Positions 1-14,914 of a stretch of 64,000 nucleotides of DNA are shown piece after piece. The notes under the pieces were generated by a model, which ran no database searches, was not told where the DNA came from, and worked only from the letters and a program-made list of their open reading frames with translations. The translations under genes and the position numbers were made by a program. The stretch comes from the human T2T-CHM13v2.0 reference genome, Homo sapiens: assembly GCF_009914755.1 (NCBI RefSeq), contig NC_060925.1; one strand, written 5' to 3'. Each line of letters begins with the position of its first letter. Position 1 is the first letter of the stretch.

Positions 1-1115
1 GACACGTATTTTCCACAAAGAGATTACAGGTATGCTGAAAATAGTGCCCTCCTCAGCCTTTGGGGTGGCAAGGAAAAGCCAGACACAGGAATCTGCAGCT
101 AGGTCCCCTTTTCATTTATCTCAGTAGGCTGGACCAATATTCTCATTTTTTGTGAGTGAAAAACATTGGGAAGAATGGGTCTAGAGTATTGGGATTACAG
201 CCCTAGTGGGGAATGGATTGAAGAGAGAAGAGAGTAAAAATAGGAATATATCAGTGGCTACCAGAAGGGAACTTCCCAATGCTATTTTCTTTCTCAAATA
301 TTCTGGTCTTCGGTATGTCTTCTGTATGCCCAATGTCCATTGTTTACCTAAAATAGTAGTTCAGTAAAGAAGGCTCTCTCTCTCTCTCTCCCTCTTTTAA
401 AGCCCTTGTTTCTAAACAAATCTTCCTTGTCTGGATACTGGGTAAAAATTTTAAAAATGATGAGGAGCCATTTCGGGAGAGAATCAGTAAAATGTATTTG
501 AAGGATGTGAGGAAAATAGATCCTTGGGGAGGTAGGAATTGATGACAAAGTGACAAATCAGGAAACAGTAATAGGATCATGGTGAAGTTAGAAAACTGCA
601 GAACAAACGAACTTTCCATATGACTTAATGAGACAGCACAAAGTGGTTTAGGAAAAGACTGTGCTTAGATACACAGCTTGTGCTTAAGGACTCAAATTAC
701 TTAATTAACAAAAGGAACAAGTAAGTATTTCTTCTTTTTTTCATCTGTCACAAATTGGTTGAACTTTCCCATTATGACTTATACAAAGTTGAATAAACAC
801 ATTTGACCTAACTAAATATTGAATGCTGGCAGGGTACTAACCACTAAATGGCAGTTTGGGTACAAATCATCTATCATCATTTTTTATTTTATTTTAAATC
901 TCATTTGGGCTAATATATTAGAGATGTGACCATAGAGTATAAATCTGTAACCCAGGAAGGAAAATAGTTTTTCAGAAAGGAAACATTAATAAAGGCAAAT
1001 CTGCTCTCTTTCTTCAAGCTTCACCGAAAACACAGGATATGACTTTAAAGTCATTACTTCAAACTGGGAATTCATTAACAATTTTCTCCCATTTGCCAAC
1101 TGGAAAACTGCAAGG

Positions 1116-1117
<2 letters not shown>

Positions 1118-1147
<30 letters not shown>
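1118..1147. repeat. Poly(T)30 tract
   Basis: Direct read. Confidence 0.95.
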
Positions 1148-1150
<3 letters not shown>

Positions 1151-1297
1151 ATGGTTAGGTAGAGGATATTTTTAGAATTTTAAAATATTTTCTTCATAAG
1201 CTCTAAAACTTAAATCAAAGTAAGGTCAAGGCATAACACAGAATCCTTAAAGCCCACATATCCAAATTAATTTAAAAAATACTCCCTGATATTCCAT

Positions 1298-1530
1298 ATG
1301 GTATTGAATAGCATGGGCTTTGGAGTCAGACACACTAAGGTTTGAATACTGCTTGTGCCATTTCTGTGTGTCTATAGAGGCCGTATACTTAAACTTTGAG
1401 AGCCCTGGTTCCCTCAACTATAATAGCTAAGATATAATATTTTTCTCTCTCTAGTGGTTTTGAGTATTGAGATAATATATGAAAGAGTGCCTGGCATGTG
1501 ACAGGCATGCAATAAATAGTGGCTCTTATT
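1298..1530 (+). mobile_element. MIR SINE
   Basis: ggctttggagtcagac...gtgcctggcatgtg...aataaatagtggctcttatt. Confidence 0.7.
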
Positions 1531-2064
1531 TCTTTAAAAAGGATTTAATGTTTAAGATACAACTTAAAGAGATGAAGATTTGTTATTTAATTCTGTATAC
1601 ATGATTATTAGACAATGATGATTATAATAACTTTGATTTACAATTAATAAGCTCTTATTCATCTTGTGTATCTTTGTTCCACTTCTTATTGCTTTTATTT
1701 TGTCATGATGTTATTTTTCCTTGCTATGTAAGTCTGTAGAGAAATAATTCATTTAAAGATCTTCACATTTACCATTCTCTCAAAGAATGGAATTGGAGGC
1801 TGGGAATAAGAAACAAGAATTCTATATGAGTTAGTGATACATGTAAAAATTAAAATGGAAAAATGTGATTTTATAACTACAAAAGATTATGAGTTGTATT
1901 TCAATTAACATAGGGCATTCATCTAATATAATGAAAATAGAAAAAACCTGACAAGATCTAAGCAGAATTCTAGAAGGTATGATGCTATTTTTGTTGCACA
2001 TTTTCCACTATTTATGAAGTAATTTTGGGGGGGGTTAATGTACTTTTTTCCTTAGATTACTTAC

Positions 2065-2118
2065 TCTTTGTCCTTTAGGACCTTGACTCCCAGGTGGTCC
2101 TCTTGCCCCCACATGACC
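2065..2118 (-). CDS. COL24A1: Collagen XXIV exon (54 bp) GHVGARGPPGSQGPKGQR
   Basis: tag acceptor, 18 codons Gly-X-Y, donor gtaagt. Confidence 0.93.
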
Positions 2119-3468
2119 CTATATGTTGTAAATTTAAAGTCAGTTGTAGAATTTACAAGAATACTATCAGAATAATAGCCATAATCTTTCTTATAACATA
2201 TATCCTTCTCCCAGGACATTTTTACAATTGATTAGTCTTCCTTAAAAATATGCTTTAATCACACTGCCCTCTACCAATATTCTGCTTTTGAAATATTCTA
2301 CTATTTGGACAAATTTAATGTCTGGGTGTTTACACCCTGAATAAAAAATGGAGAAGCTTTTAATATTCACTGACCAAGTCGTTTTCAGAAGGAACACATA
2401 TGGAGTGATGGAGGAAGGAGATATCCATTGAGCTAGACAGACCGGTCTAATCTGCCTGGCCCATCAAAAAAGCAATGGCTATCATGGTAATATTTCTTTA
2501 CTATTATTCTAGATATTTATGCCAATCCCATCACATAAAAATAGTTTTTTTGTTATAAAAATGCCACACAATGTTCCAAATTACTATGCTATAAAAATAG
2601 CCTGCAATGGAGATTAAGTTGCTATTTATTATTAAGTCAATTATAATGAATTATTTTTATAGCTATAGTCTTTAATTAAGACTCAACTGGAAAACAAAAT
2701 TTATTTATCTATTAACCCAAGGTAGATAAAAATGAAGTAAACTTTAGTATTTCAAATTTATTTATTATTTTATGTGACTAAAGATATTAGTAACTGTTCT
2801 TGAGACTACTCTTCCTAATTTTAAAAGCCAACAACATATTTGCAAATATACTAGAAAATTGGGCTTATTTTTAAAACAGAAGCTTCACAAATAATAAAAG
2901 TCTTCACTGATAAGAAAAGTTCTGCTCAGGGGATCCTAAAGGCCGATCTTGTTCATATTTTAAGTTCATAATAGCTGTCAGATTCTGATAAGCAAAATTA
3001 ATTTAGGGGAAACACTTCATCATCTTTTTGTAAACAAATGGAATATTTTCAATACTACAATTTTTGTTTAATAAATACATATTTTTATGAATTTTATCTG
3101 GTTGTGATAATATTTACAAATTTCTGAGAAAAATATGTTGAAGCTTACACTTGTAATTTATTTATTCAATTGGTCTCACTTCTAATCTTAATAATCCTGT
3201 TTCCTTATATGTGGTTATTCAAAAGAAACTTCAAAGCATTTTAGTTTAGGTTGCAGAACTGAAATTGATTGTATACCAAGTAGAGGTGAGGCAGTTCAAG
3301 ATATCATGACAAATTCAAGAGTGTTTTGTATAGTTGGGAGAGAAGCAGTCTCCACTAGTTTACACATGACTTACTTTGAATAAAAACCAACAATAAAGCA
3401 TAACAATTTATGAGTTTAAATTAAAGTAAACATTCCGGAAGGAATCATAAAGTCTTTCCTGTACTTAC

Positions 3469-3522
3469 AGGTAATCCCAATGGACCGATAGGTCCTGGAA
3501 CCCCAGGAGGACCTGGATATCC
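3469..3522 (-). CDS. COL24A1: Collagen XXIV exon (54 bp) GYPGPPGVPGPIGPLGLP
   Basis: tag acceptor, 18 codons Gly-X-Y, donor gtaagt. Confidence 0.93.
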
Positions 3523-4820
3523 CTATAATTTAAGGAAAATATAAAAGAAGTAAAATATTCATGACTTTAAATTATTTTCATTGAAGACAAGCCAGTAAAT
3601 TATAAACAATAATAAAAAGGGATAATTTGACACAATGTTTCTTTTGTAACCAAGATATGAAAGGCCACAGGAAATATTCTGCAGATAGACCATAGAAATA
3701 AAAAAAAATTTTCTGTAGTTTTATTTACATAGAAACTATATATCCATTTATTAGAAGGTTTTTGCCTAGAGAAGAAAATTGCTAGCTAGAATCACATACT
3801 ACAGCCTATTTATAAGAGAACATTCATTTCATTTTTCTGAAGATCATGTTATCTTATCCATGGATATATGTTGTGTTATATAGGTTATGAAACTATATCC
3901 TTTTCGGAGAGGTCCAGGAGCTCTCTAATTAAGCAATGTAAATGTGTACAAATATTCTAGCATTTCAAACTTTAGAAGGACCACACACTTTATGGTATTA
4001 ACACTGATTCAAAAAATGCGTTAGGAGGTAATGATTCTTGAAGTTGATTAGTCTTACAGGCATGCTAAATTTCCTAGCTGACAGCAACTGGAAATTGCAT
4101 AGCTTAAAAAACAAAACAAAACAAAACACTTATAGGACTTTTCTGATAATATAGAAGTTAGTTAAAATCAATTTGTAGACAGTATTATGTGCCACCAGAT
4201 CCATTACAAGGCATTTTCTGTATGGAATATCCTTTTATTGATAATAATTATTCACTCCAGTTCCTGCCATACTTAGAAAACTATTTAGTAAGTTAAAAAG
4301 ATGCAACCCAAATATAAAATTTGTCAGCTATTTCCTATATTAAAAGTGTAAGAGAATAAGATGAATTCTGGATTCTAAGCTCTCATATGTCAAAAAACTA
4401 CATCATGACCACAAACTCATGGAAGAATGGCAGTGCTGATATGTGTCATATCAACAATAGGCTGTAGAAGAATAAGTAGAACTCTAATTTTAAAAGGTGA
4501 AAGATTTATACAATCCGAAGAGAAATCACAGTATGTAGAATTCTAATTGAATTTTCTTCTTTATCTTTTTTAGCAAATTGTGGTGGTCAAATTCCTTTCC
4601 TAAAACTAGAATCATTTGACTAAGCCATCTCATTTACATGCTTTTGAGTACCTTAGTATCACATAGCATTCTGGGAGATAAACCATTTAAAAATAAAATT
4701 CTATGGGAAATTTAACATTTTTTACTCAGTTAAATTCCAGCCCAGGCAATTCCATCTCTGGAACGACTTGCTTTTATTGCATTCTTTGGAAACATATTTT
4801 TCAAATCACTGAGCTCTTAC

Positions 4821-4874
4821 CATAACACCTTTTTCTCCCTGGGGACCTAGTGGGCCTGGACTTCCACGTTCTCC
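4821..4874 (-). CDS. COL24A1: Collagen XXIV exon (54 bp) GERGSPGPLGPQGEKGVM
   Basis: Pyrimidine tract + aaag acceptor, 18 codons Gly-X-Y, donor gtaaga. Confidence 0.93.
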
Positions 4875-6250
4875 CTTTTAAGAGAACAAAGAAAAAAGAG
4901 TAACATAGAGGCATATTAATTAGTCATGACTGAGCTAAGCCTAGAAAGAAAAACTGTCATCCAGAATCATGTCTTACATGCATACATCATTTTTATTTCC
5001 AATAATTTTTAAATTTACAAATTTGGCGCTTTATCTTAAAATTATTAGACTTTTAATAAAATAGAATTATCTTAAGATGTTTTTTGGAGAAAAATATTAA
5101 AGTCCTTATTAAAATGAAGAAAATAGAAATTATGGATAAACAAGACTTAAAAGTGAGCACACATCATATGTTAAAGTTTTGTAAGAAATGCTTACTATTT
5201 TATGAGACATACAAAATATGAGAATAGTGAAAGTATCAAAGCATATTAAAATGTAACAAATCTGTGTAACCATTTAAGAAAATTTTATTTTATAGTCTGC
5301 CTACCACAATTAAGTGCCATAAGAAATAAGTCTGGAAGATCATGATAATCAAATCTGTCATAGCAGCTTAAAAAGACTAAACTGATTCACATTAAAATTC
5401 TCAAGAGTATCAACATTTTAGTACAGAAGATTTAACTCAGCACAGAAATAACTAATTGGGTGAAAAAAATTATAATGCAAAATTTTTTAACTGCACTCAT
5501 TTTGTTACATTGTTAGTAAAAAATCAATAAGTATATATTAAGTATGTAGTATTTAAGTAATTGAGAATGTAGTACATGAGAGTTAGAAGAGATATTTAAA
5601 AAACTAAACTTAGATTCTACCCTCAGTAACTGCAGACACTGCAGACATGATATTAACAGAGATGAAACAACCAGAGAGTAAGTAAATTTTGACTATGTGG
5701 TACTATTCTAAGTCCAAGAAGTGAAGAAATTAGGAAGGATGAGAGGAGTCTGTGGACTTCATAGAGGAGATGGGAATTCAGCTGAGTCCAACAGTTTGGT
5801 TTTGAAGAAACAGAGGGAAGGAGAGAGGATATTTTAGTTCAAGAAAATAGTAAGAATGGAAATAGGAACAAGCTCAAGCACAAGATGGGGAGAGAGAAAG
5901 GTAAAATGGTAACTTATTCTTCTTTTTCAAAAACTGCTTTCTTTCAAGCCTCTCATAGAAGGCTTGCTCTCATGAAGTCGATTTACATAATATTTTCTAG
6001 TCAGAAATCTAGACTGTTCCATCTTTTCTCTTCAGATCACATCTTTATAATCAAAAGGGTACTCTGCCCTTTAAAAATTAGAAACCTACATGCTGTTAGC
6101 TATATTTCAATATATTTAAGATATTCAGTATAGGTAATGTGCTAAAGTTATAAGTGATTTCTAATTAACATAAAAGATCATATGAAAGTCTGCCTTTTGA
6201 ATTTAGCCTAGATTTTTTCCTATAAAACAAAATAATTCTTAAAAAATTAC

Positions 6251-6304
6251 CTTTTCGCCAATGCTTCCAGTCATCCCAACTTCTCCAGGTAAGCCAACAG
6301 GTCC
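6251..6304 (-). CDS. COL24A1: Collagen XXIV exon (54 bp) GPVGLPGEVGMTGSIGEK
   Basis: T-rich tract + aaag acceptor, 18 codons Gly-X-Y, donor gtaatt; phase 0. Confidence 0.93.
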
Positions 6305-6717
6305 CTTTTAGGAAAAAAAAATAACAGAAAATACACACATATTGTATTGCTATTGTAGTGCCTGGGTCTTAAATCACCTGTAATCACTATGTTTCTTTCT
6401 AACTTATCCTAAATGTTATCTTGGAGTAAAATTCCTCCTTGTATAGCTATGCAGTCTGTGACTTCATATCAGAATTAATTTATTCAGTCAGTCAACAAAA
6501 ATATATCAGTGCCTAAAATATAACAGGCACTACGCTGGGAGGCAATGAGTTTCAAATCCACAGTCGCTGTCCATGTGGAACTGACATGCTACTAGATTTT
6601 ATAAAACCCCTGACGTTTTCATACCTGTTTGATGTGGATATATTCGTTTAAGAAATCATTTCTGTAACTACCTTTTTTGAAAGCCCCTCAATACACAAGC
6701 GGACAGAACATGCCTAT

Positions 6718-7090
6718 CATTCATTCATCCACTCAAGAAATATTTGGTGCCTACTCTGTGCCAGGCACTGTGATGGTTGCTAAGACTTCATTACTGAGGA
6801 AGACAAATCTAGACCCTGCCCTCTTGAGGCAAAAAGTCTCATAACAGGGAGACAAAAGCAACTAAATTAAAAGTTAAATAATTATAAATTCTGACATAAG
6901 CTCATAAAGGAAACAATAATATTGCTGAAGAGGAGAATAAAAGAGAAGACCTATTTTAGCACAGATGGTCAGGGAAGACTGAGGCCTGACATTTAATATG
7001 AAATCTGAATAATAATAAGAGGCCAGCCAGCCAAAGAAGGGAGGAAGAATATTCTAGGTAGAGTAAATAGCTTGAGTAAGGAATGAATTT
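6718..7090 (-). mobile_element. L2 3' fragment
   Basis: cattcattcatcc...ctactctgtgccaggcactgtg...gtcagggaagact. Confidence 0.65.
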
Positions 7091-7629
7091 GATTTGCTAG
7101 AAGATGTTAAAGAAGGTAATCAGTTACACCATTTCAGAGTGAACACGTCTCAGGGTTTTTCCATCTTTGTCTTTACGGATTCTCAATTATTTCTCCTTCA
7201 AACAGTACAGAAAGCAAAAAGAATAACACAGAACAAGCTTGACAAGAACATAATCTCTTTCTTGTCTTAAATCATAAGCAGTTACTTTCTACTTTTATTT
7301 AAAGACAAATGAAACTTTTTTCAATAGCTACCATGCAAAGACCTTGTTTAGATAGATTCTCATACGATAGTATACATTAGCATACAGAAAGCATTGACTC
7401 ATGAAAAATGACTTGTCATTTATCTAATGCATTGAGCATGATTTTACCCTTACAGATCTCTATCTATCTAATGATCCCATATATATAACATATATTAAGT
7501 GTTTTCTATGTGCCTGATTTAATCTTCACAACCAGCAGATATAGTATTATCATCATTCCCCTTTGACAGATGAGGCAGATGAATTAAACAGTTTGCTGAC
7601 ACAGATGAGGTTAAATAGTATGGATGAGT

Positions 7630-7925
7630 TTAAGTGGCTATTGAGCACTTGAAATGTGGTTAGTGCAAATTGACACATACTGTAAATGTAAAAGACACCA
7701 GATTTTGAAGACTTATAGAAAGAATGTAAAATAGCTAACTAATGATTGCTTACATCGATTACGTATTAAAATGATACTGATTTGATATATTGGTATAAAT
7801 GAAATATTACTAAAATCAGTTCACCTCTTTCTTTTTATCTTTTTTAATGTGGCTACTAGAAAATTTAAAATTATATATGTGGCTTATAATTTTGACTTGC
7901 ATTGTATGTCTATTGGACAGCCCTG
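7630..7925 (+). mobile_element. MER33-like hAT-Charlie DNA transposon
   Basis: gtggctattgagcacttgaaatgtgg...atgtggctactagaaaatttaaaatta...ctattggacagccctg. Confidence 0.7.
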
Positions 7926-8732
7926 ATGTATACTTTTAGGTACTATGCTAATATTATTGCTTAAATCTAGTTGGAAGTGATTTAATAATTTGTTTCTGTG
8001 GTTTTTAAGTGTAAGAGACTGAACACTTTCATTCTGAGACAATCTATTATCAATGTTCATGTGCATGGAATTCACTGGTCTCACTGTGTTCTCCACCATT
8101 CTGAGACAGCTGGTTTGATAAAACGGTGAAATGGCATTTTTAAGACTCAGTTACAAGGCCAGCTAGGTGACAATACTTTGCAGGGTTGGGGCAAGACTTT
8201 CCAGAAGGCTATATATGCTCTGAATCAGTGTCCAATATATGGTGCTGTTTCTCCTATAACTAGTATTTTGGGGTCCAGGAATCAAGGGGTGGAAATGGGA
8301 GTGGTACTACTCACTATTACCCCTAGTCATCCACTAGAAAATTTTTTGTTTCTGCCCATGCTCTGCTGGACTAAAGGTCTTAGTTCCAGAGGGAGGAATG
8401 CTTCCACCAGGAGACACAACGATGATTCCACTGAACTAGAAGTTAAGACTGCCATCCGGCCACTTTGGGCTTCTTATGCCCCTGAATCAACAGCCAAAGA
8501 AGGGAGTTACTGTGTTGGCTATGTTGCTTAATTCTGCCTTCCATAGGGAAATGGGACCTTCACAATGGAGGTAAGGAAGAGTGTGAATAAAATACAGGAG
8601 ATCCCTTAGGATACGTCTTAATATCACCATGCTCTGTGATTAAGGTCAATGGAAAATTACAACAACCCAGTTCAGGCAGGACTACTTACTAGTGACCCAA
8701 ACTCTTCCGGAATGAAGGTTTGGGTCACCCCA

Positions 8733-9008
8733 TGTCTTAGTCCATCCAGGCTACTATAACAAAAATATTGTAGGCTGGGTGACTTTAACAACAAATATTT
8801 ATTTCCCACAGTGTTGGAGGCTTAGAAGTCTAAGATCAAGGCACCAGTAGATTCAGTATCTAGTGAGGGCCTGCTCCCTGGTTCATAGATGGCAGAGCCC
8901 TCATGACCTAATCATCTCCCAAGGTCTACACCACCTCATACCTTACATTGGTCATTAGAATTTCAACATATGAATTTTGCAGAGGATAAAAACATTCAGT
9001 TCATAATA
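8733..9008 (-). mobile_element. MaLR solo LTR (MLT1A-like) nested in ERV-L
   Basis: tgtcttagtccat...tcaacatatgaattttg...; 5-bp TSD CCCCA at 8728-8732 and 9009-9013. Confidence 0.8.
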
Positions 9009-9174
9009 CCCCACCAAGTACAGATCCCAACTAGCTGAGGTGCTTGCTGATGGCAAACGGAATAAAGAATGGGTAGCGGAGAAGGTAGTTTTAAATACCT
9101 GCTATGGCCATGTGACCAGTTACAGAAACGAAGACTATAATTGTCATGAGTATTTCATCGTTATTTTGTCATGA

Positions 9175-9175
<1 letters not shown>

Positions 9176-9213
<38 letters not shown>
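9176..9213. repeat. (TG)n microsatellite
   Basis: About 19 TG units. Confidence 0.95.
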
Positions 9214-9216
<3 letters not shown>

Positions 9217-9250
9217 CAAATATCTTTGGTTCTTTTCTTCTCATTTCTTT

Positions 9251-9620
<370 letters not shown>

Positions 9621-9845
9621 TAATTTTACATCATAGTATTTAAGTTACAGGTTATAAAGGAGAAGAGTAAACATCACTCAAGGACTTTACATCCTCTTCT
9701 GGAAAAGAGGTTAGTGAGTTTTTGGTTACATGCAGGATAATGATATCATGTTAGGCAGAATTATGATCTTATTATTGTCTTTATTTGAAGGTTAAGTATG
9801 GTTTAAAGAGATGCATTTGGGGGCAAACTTGACAATGGGGAGGGC

Positions 9846-10415
9846 TGTCACGGTTAATTTTATGTGTCAAGGTCACTGGGTTACAGAGTGCTCAGATATT
9901 TGGCTAAACATTATTTCTGAGTGTATGTTGTTTCTAGGTGAGATTAACATTTAAATAGGTAAACTGACTAAAGCAGATTGCCTTTCCCAATGTGGGTGGG
10001 CACTGTCCAATCTGTTGAGGATCTGAATAAAACAAAAAGGCAAAGGAAAGGAAACTTTTCTCTCCATCTGACTGCTTAGGCTGGGACATTAGTCTTCTCC
10101 TGCCTTTGAACTAGGACAGCATTGACTCCTAGTTCTCAGGCCTTTGGACTTGGAGTAGAATTTAAATAATCAATGCTGTAGGTCTCAGGCCTGTGGACTC
10201 TGATAGAACTTACACTGTCAATTCTTGTGGTTCTCAGGCCTTTGAACTCGGACTGGAACTATACTGGATTTCTAGGATCTCCTGTTTGTGGATGGAAGAC
10301 TGTGAGATTTTTTTTTAGCCCCCCACAATCATGTGAGCCAATTCTTTATAATAAATCAATCTATCTATATCTATATCCTGTTGGTTCTGTTTCTCTGGAA
10401 AACCCTAACTAATGC
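9846..10415 (+). mobile_element. MLT2-family LTR (3' LTR of the ERV-L)
   Basis: tgtcacggttaattttatgtgtcaa...ttctgtttctctggaaaaccctaactaat. Confidence 0.8.
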
Positions 10416-10502
10416 TGTCAATCAAATCTGAGCAGGAAAAATGAAATAGAGCTATCTGTTGTGAGACAGTAAACAAAATAACAGAAACTGAACACAGACT
10501 AG

Positions 10503-10802
<300 letters not shown>

Positions 10803-11343
10803 TAAGACATATGATCTAGGGGAGTGAATGCAGTAGGCTCGTTTAGCTTATCCCATGTGCACCAGAACAATATAACCTACAAATGTATTCTGCTTAGCCT
10901 ATAGCATTTACTAAACTGAACTAGGTAAAAACATTTAAAAATCTGGAGATTTTACATATAAATACTTTATATATAAAGATTTATAAAATTATTAGCTTCA
11001 GATGACCTAGCAAATGTAGACAAACATTCTCAAAGGCAAATATTGGACAGAACTAAGTAACTGTTGTACTGTTGAGATCCAGATGCACTCTTTACTTTGC
11101 TATTCCCTATTGTCTCTTATACATGGCCCATTTTACTTATTTATACTATCTGCCTGGTCCCAATAGGGCATCTGAGTTTTTTACTTCATGTAAGTATTAA
11201 AAGGTGCAGTCAGTCAAAAGGGCATAATTGGAAGATAGAGGTTCTCACTAAAAAGTAGATAGTTCACAGGGTTCCGGCCATGCCCATGGATATCTTTAAT
11301 AAAACTTAAAGTTGGAGAACATAAATTAAAAATGGTTTCCTTG

Positions 11344-11545
11344 CAGCCTAGGCAACATAGGGAGATCACATCTCTATAAATAATCTATACATAATAATAA
11401 TAAAATTAGCTGGGTGTGGCAACATGTTCCTGTAGTCCCAGCTACTCATGAAGCTGAGGTGTGAGGATCGCTTGGACTCAGGAGGTCAAGGTTGCAGTAA
11501 GCCTGAGTGACAGAGCAAGACCCTGTCTCCAAAATACATAAAAAG
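11344..11545 (+). mobile_element. Partial AluJ-like element
   Basis: agcctaggcaacataggg...gtcccagctactc...gagcaagaccctgtctc. Confidence 0.8.
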
Positions 11546-12263
11546 AAAAACGTACTATTTCAGTACCTTAAAAAGTCTAACCAAAACATATGTCAAATCT
11601 GATAATACCACAAGTGTTGGCTAGAATGTAAGGAAAGAAGAACTCATACATACACAGCAGGAAATAGCAGGAAATAGTATAAATTGGTACAATCACTTTG
11701 GAGAACAATTTATTATATATAGTAAAATTGAAGATGCCCCTAACTTACAACTCAGCACTTCTAGTTGTTCACATGGAATTCTACTTTCACATGTATGTAC
11801 TAGGAGACATATAGAAAGACGTTCATTGCTGTATTATTTAAGTACAAAAGTAGAATCATCGGCATTATCAGTATGGACACAGATTAACTAAAATGCATTC
11901 ATACAATAAAGAAAACTCTTGAATGACCAATACTGAGAAATAAACAGAAAACCTCAACACCAGCTAAAATTAATAGACCAGATCTATATGTATCAACATG
12001 GATAAACATTTTAGGAATATAATGTTGACTGAGAAAACAGCATAAATCCTTTTCAAAAGGATACATCATTATGTGTTTTGTGCAAAATTTTAAAACGCAT
12101 ACAATAATCTAATTTCTTACTGGCAGAAGACACATGGGAATTATACACACAACTTTAGGATAAGGGCTAATGTCTGTATATAGAGTAGTGGCTCATTATT
12201 TTTTTATTTTGAATTTCTCTGATAACTAGTTTCTCTGAGTCTGAACTTCTCTTCATTTATGTG

Positions 12264-12573
12264 TTCATGTTTTGGACTTTTTCTGCTTAGTTCTTATCCA
12301 TGTCCTTTGCTCAACTTATTTTTTCCCATTAAGATTTCCTAAATTTTCTTGATGATTTTCAGGAATTTTTATATATTTGAAGTATAAACTTCTTATTGGT
12401 TTTATTTTATTTTATTTATTCATGTTTTGGGCTTTTTCTGTGTAATTCTTTTCCATGTCTTTGCTCAATTTATTTTTTCCCATTAAGATTTCCTATATTT
12501 TCTTGATGATTTTCAGGAATTTTTATATATTTAAAGTATAAACTTCTTATTGGTTTTATTTATTTATTTATTT
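12264..12573 (+). repeat. 155-bp tandem duplication
   Basis: 12264-12418 and 12419-~12573 are near-identical copies. Confidence 0.9.
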
Positions 12574-12876
12574 ATTTGAGATGGAGTCTTGCTCTGTCGC
12601 CCAGGCTGGAGTGCAGTGGCATGATCTCTGCTCATTGTAACCTTTGCCTCCCAGGTTCAGCTTGATCCTGCCACCTCAGCCTCCTACCTCAGCCTCCTGA
12701 GCAGCTGGGACTACAGGCATGCACCACGACGCCCAGCTAATTTTTTTGTAGTTTTTAGTAGAGACGGGGTTCCACCATGTTGGCCAAGCTGGTCTCGAAC
12801 TCCTGACCTCAGGTGATCTGCCCGCCTTGGCCTTCCAAAGTGCTGGGATTACAGGCATGAGATACCGTGCCCAAAC
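12559..12876 (-). mobile_element. Alu (S-type) with (TTTA)n tail
   Basis: TSD CTTATTGGTTTTA at 12546-12558 and 12877-12889. Confidence 0.92.
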
Positions 12877-13711
12877 CTTATTGGTTTTAGATGTTCTAAA
12901 TTCCTTCTTGTGATAAATCACCTGTGAAATTATTTTTGATATCTTTCATTGACAAGAAGTCCTTAATTTTTATGTGGCCATATCCAGTGTGGTTTTTGTT
13001 TTTTTTTTTTGGCCTTATGATTTGTATTTTCTGGATCTTGTTTAAGAAAGCTTTCCTTATTTCTATGTCATTAAATAATGGGCATTCTTTTCTATTGCTG
13101 TTAACTTTTCTATCTAGAAAAGTTTCTTTAATCCATCTGGAGTTCAATTTTCACGTGGTATAAGATAGGGATCCAGTTTTAATTTTTTGCATACAGGGAC
13201 CCAGTTTTCCAAATGCTATATATTCAGCACTATTTCTTACCCACCTATTGGTTTATGGTGCCATTCTTATCTTATACATGGCTTATTTCTAAGCTTTCTA
13301 GTCTATCTTATGATGATTTGTCTGTTTTTCTCCCTTTGCAAATTTCTCTCACTCCATTTTTCTAATGTTTTTATGGTTGTCTCTACTACAGACTGAAAAT
13401 AAGCATGCCAACAAAGGTTTATATCAGTGGTAAGGAATGTGAACATACAGGCTTTAAATCTATTCAGTCTTTAAGTCTATATTACTCTTTGAAACTGTGT
13501 ACACACTTGGAAATAATAGATGAATTAGACAAAGGTATTTAAAGCTGAGGTCTGCCAAATTTCATGGAATCTAAGATATCATGGATTGTAAGATACACCA
13601 ATATTTTTTAAATCTCTGAATAGAGAAAAAAATCTCCCAAGCAATTGTAATTTACCACTGATCATGAGAAATATCTCAATTTTTAAAATGTGAAAATATG
13701 AAAAGAAAAAA

Positions 13712-14139
13712 TGGTATAGCAGATTGTTTTACTGTTTGAAATATTCACTGCTCCTTTCTGTGGAAGGATTATACCTCCCTATGCTACTGATGTCAGACTT
13801 GGCCATATAATTTGGAGTGCCCGTCACCATGGGAGGAATATACCCCTGCATCTTATTAATGTCATTCTTCTCTATGTAACTTCAAATAAATAGAAAGTGA
13901 TATGTACCACTTTTTTTTTAAGTCAGTTTCTTTTTTCCTTTTGCCATGAGACTAAACATGTTCCACACAGGCACTGCTCCTTAAGCCTGAGTCTCCGAAT
14001 GCAGATAACATGTAACAGAGTCACAGCCAACCCACAGTGTATAGAGTGCAAGTAAGAAATAAACTTTTATTATTGTAAACCACTAATATATTCAGGCTGT
14101 TTCTTTCTGCAGCATAATTTAGCCTAAACTGACTGATGC
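13712..14139 (+). mobile_element. Old MaLR LTR (MLT1 family)
   Basis: Ends ...aataaactttt...gtaaaccacta...gcagcataatttagcctaaactgactgatgca. Confidence 0.6.
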
Positions 14140-14178
14140 AATATGTCCTTTTAAGCTGATATGACATGGCAATTATTA

Positions 14179-14580
<402 letters not shown>

Positions 14581-14914
14581 CAAGAGAGAGCACCTGGTTT
14601 TCTTAATCAACTTGTAGGGGAGAGCTACTTAGGAACACCTTCACCAGACAATTAACATGGGCAAAAATAACTTTCTGTTGTGTTAAAACAACATAAAATA
14701 TTTAGGTTTACTTATTATGGCAGTTAGTGTTATCCTAAAAATACAGTGAATTTACGTATTAACATAAAATTGAAAAACTGTGAAATCTTACTCAATTAGT
14801 TTATTTGAAAGTTAATCTCACAGAAAGTGCACTGAATCAATTTCCAGTTTAGTACAGTTGCAAATCAATTTCTTCAATAAATGCAAAATGAGGTGAAGAA
14901 AATAAAATTAAGCA

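Larger units (their letters stand above)
11590..13340. mobile_element. Ancient L1M fragments (plus orientation ~11590-12190, minus ~12200-13340)
   Basis: Degenerate L1 3'-end and ORF2-end motifs; ORF 12896-13147 begins NSRWIKE, an ORF2 remnant. Confidence 0.6.

Noticed and set aside
341-375. Minus-strand ctattttag|gtaaac, recursive-splice-like motif
   Set aside because: Short pyrimidine tract and weak donor; expected by chance in AT-rich DNA.
1118-1147. Poly(T)30 as a solo poly(A) retro-insertion
   Set aside because: No flanking TSD found; treated as a simple repeat.
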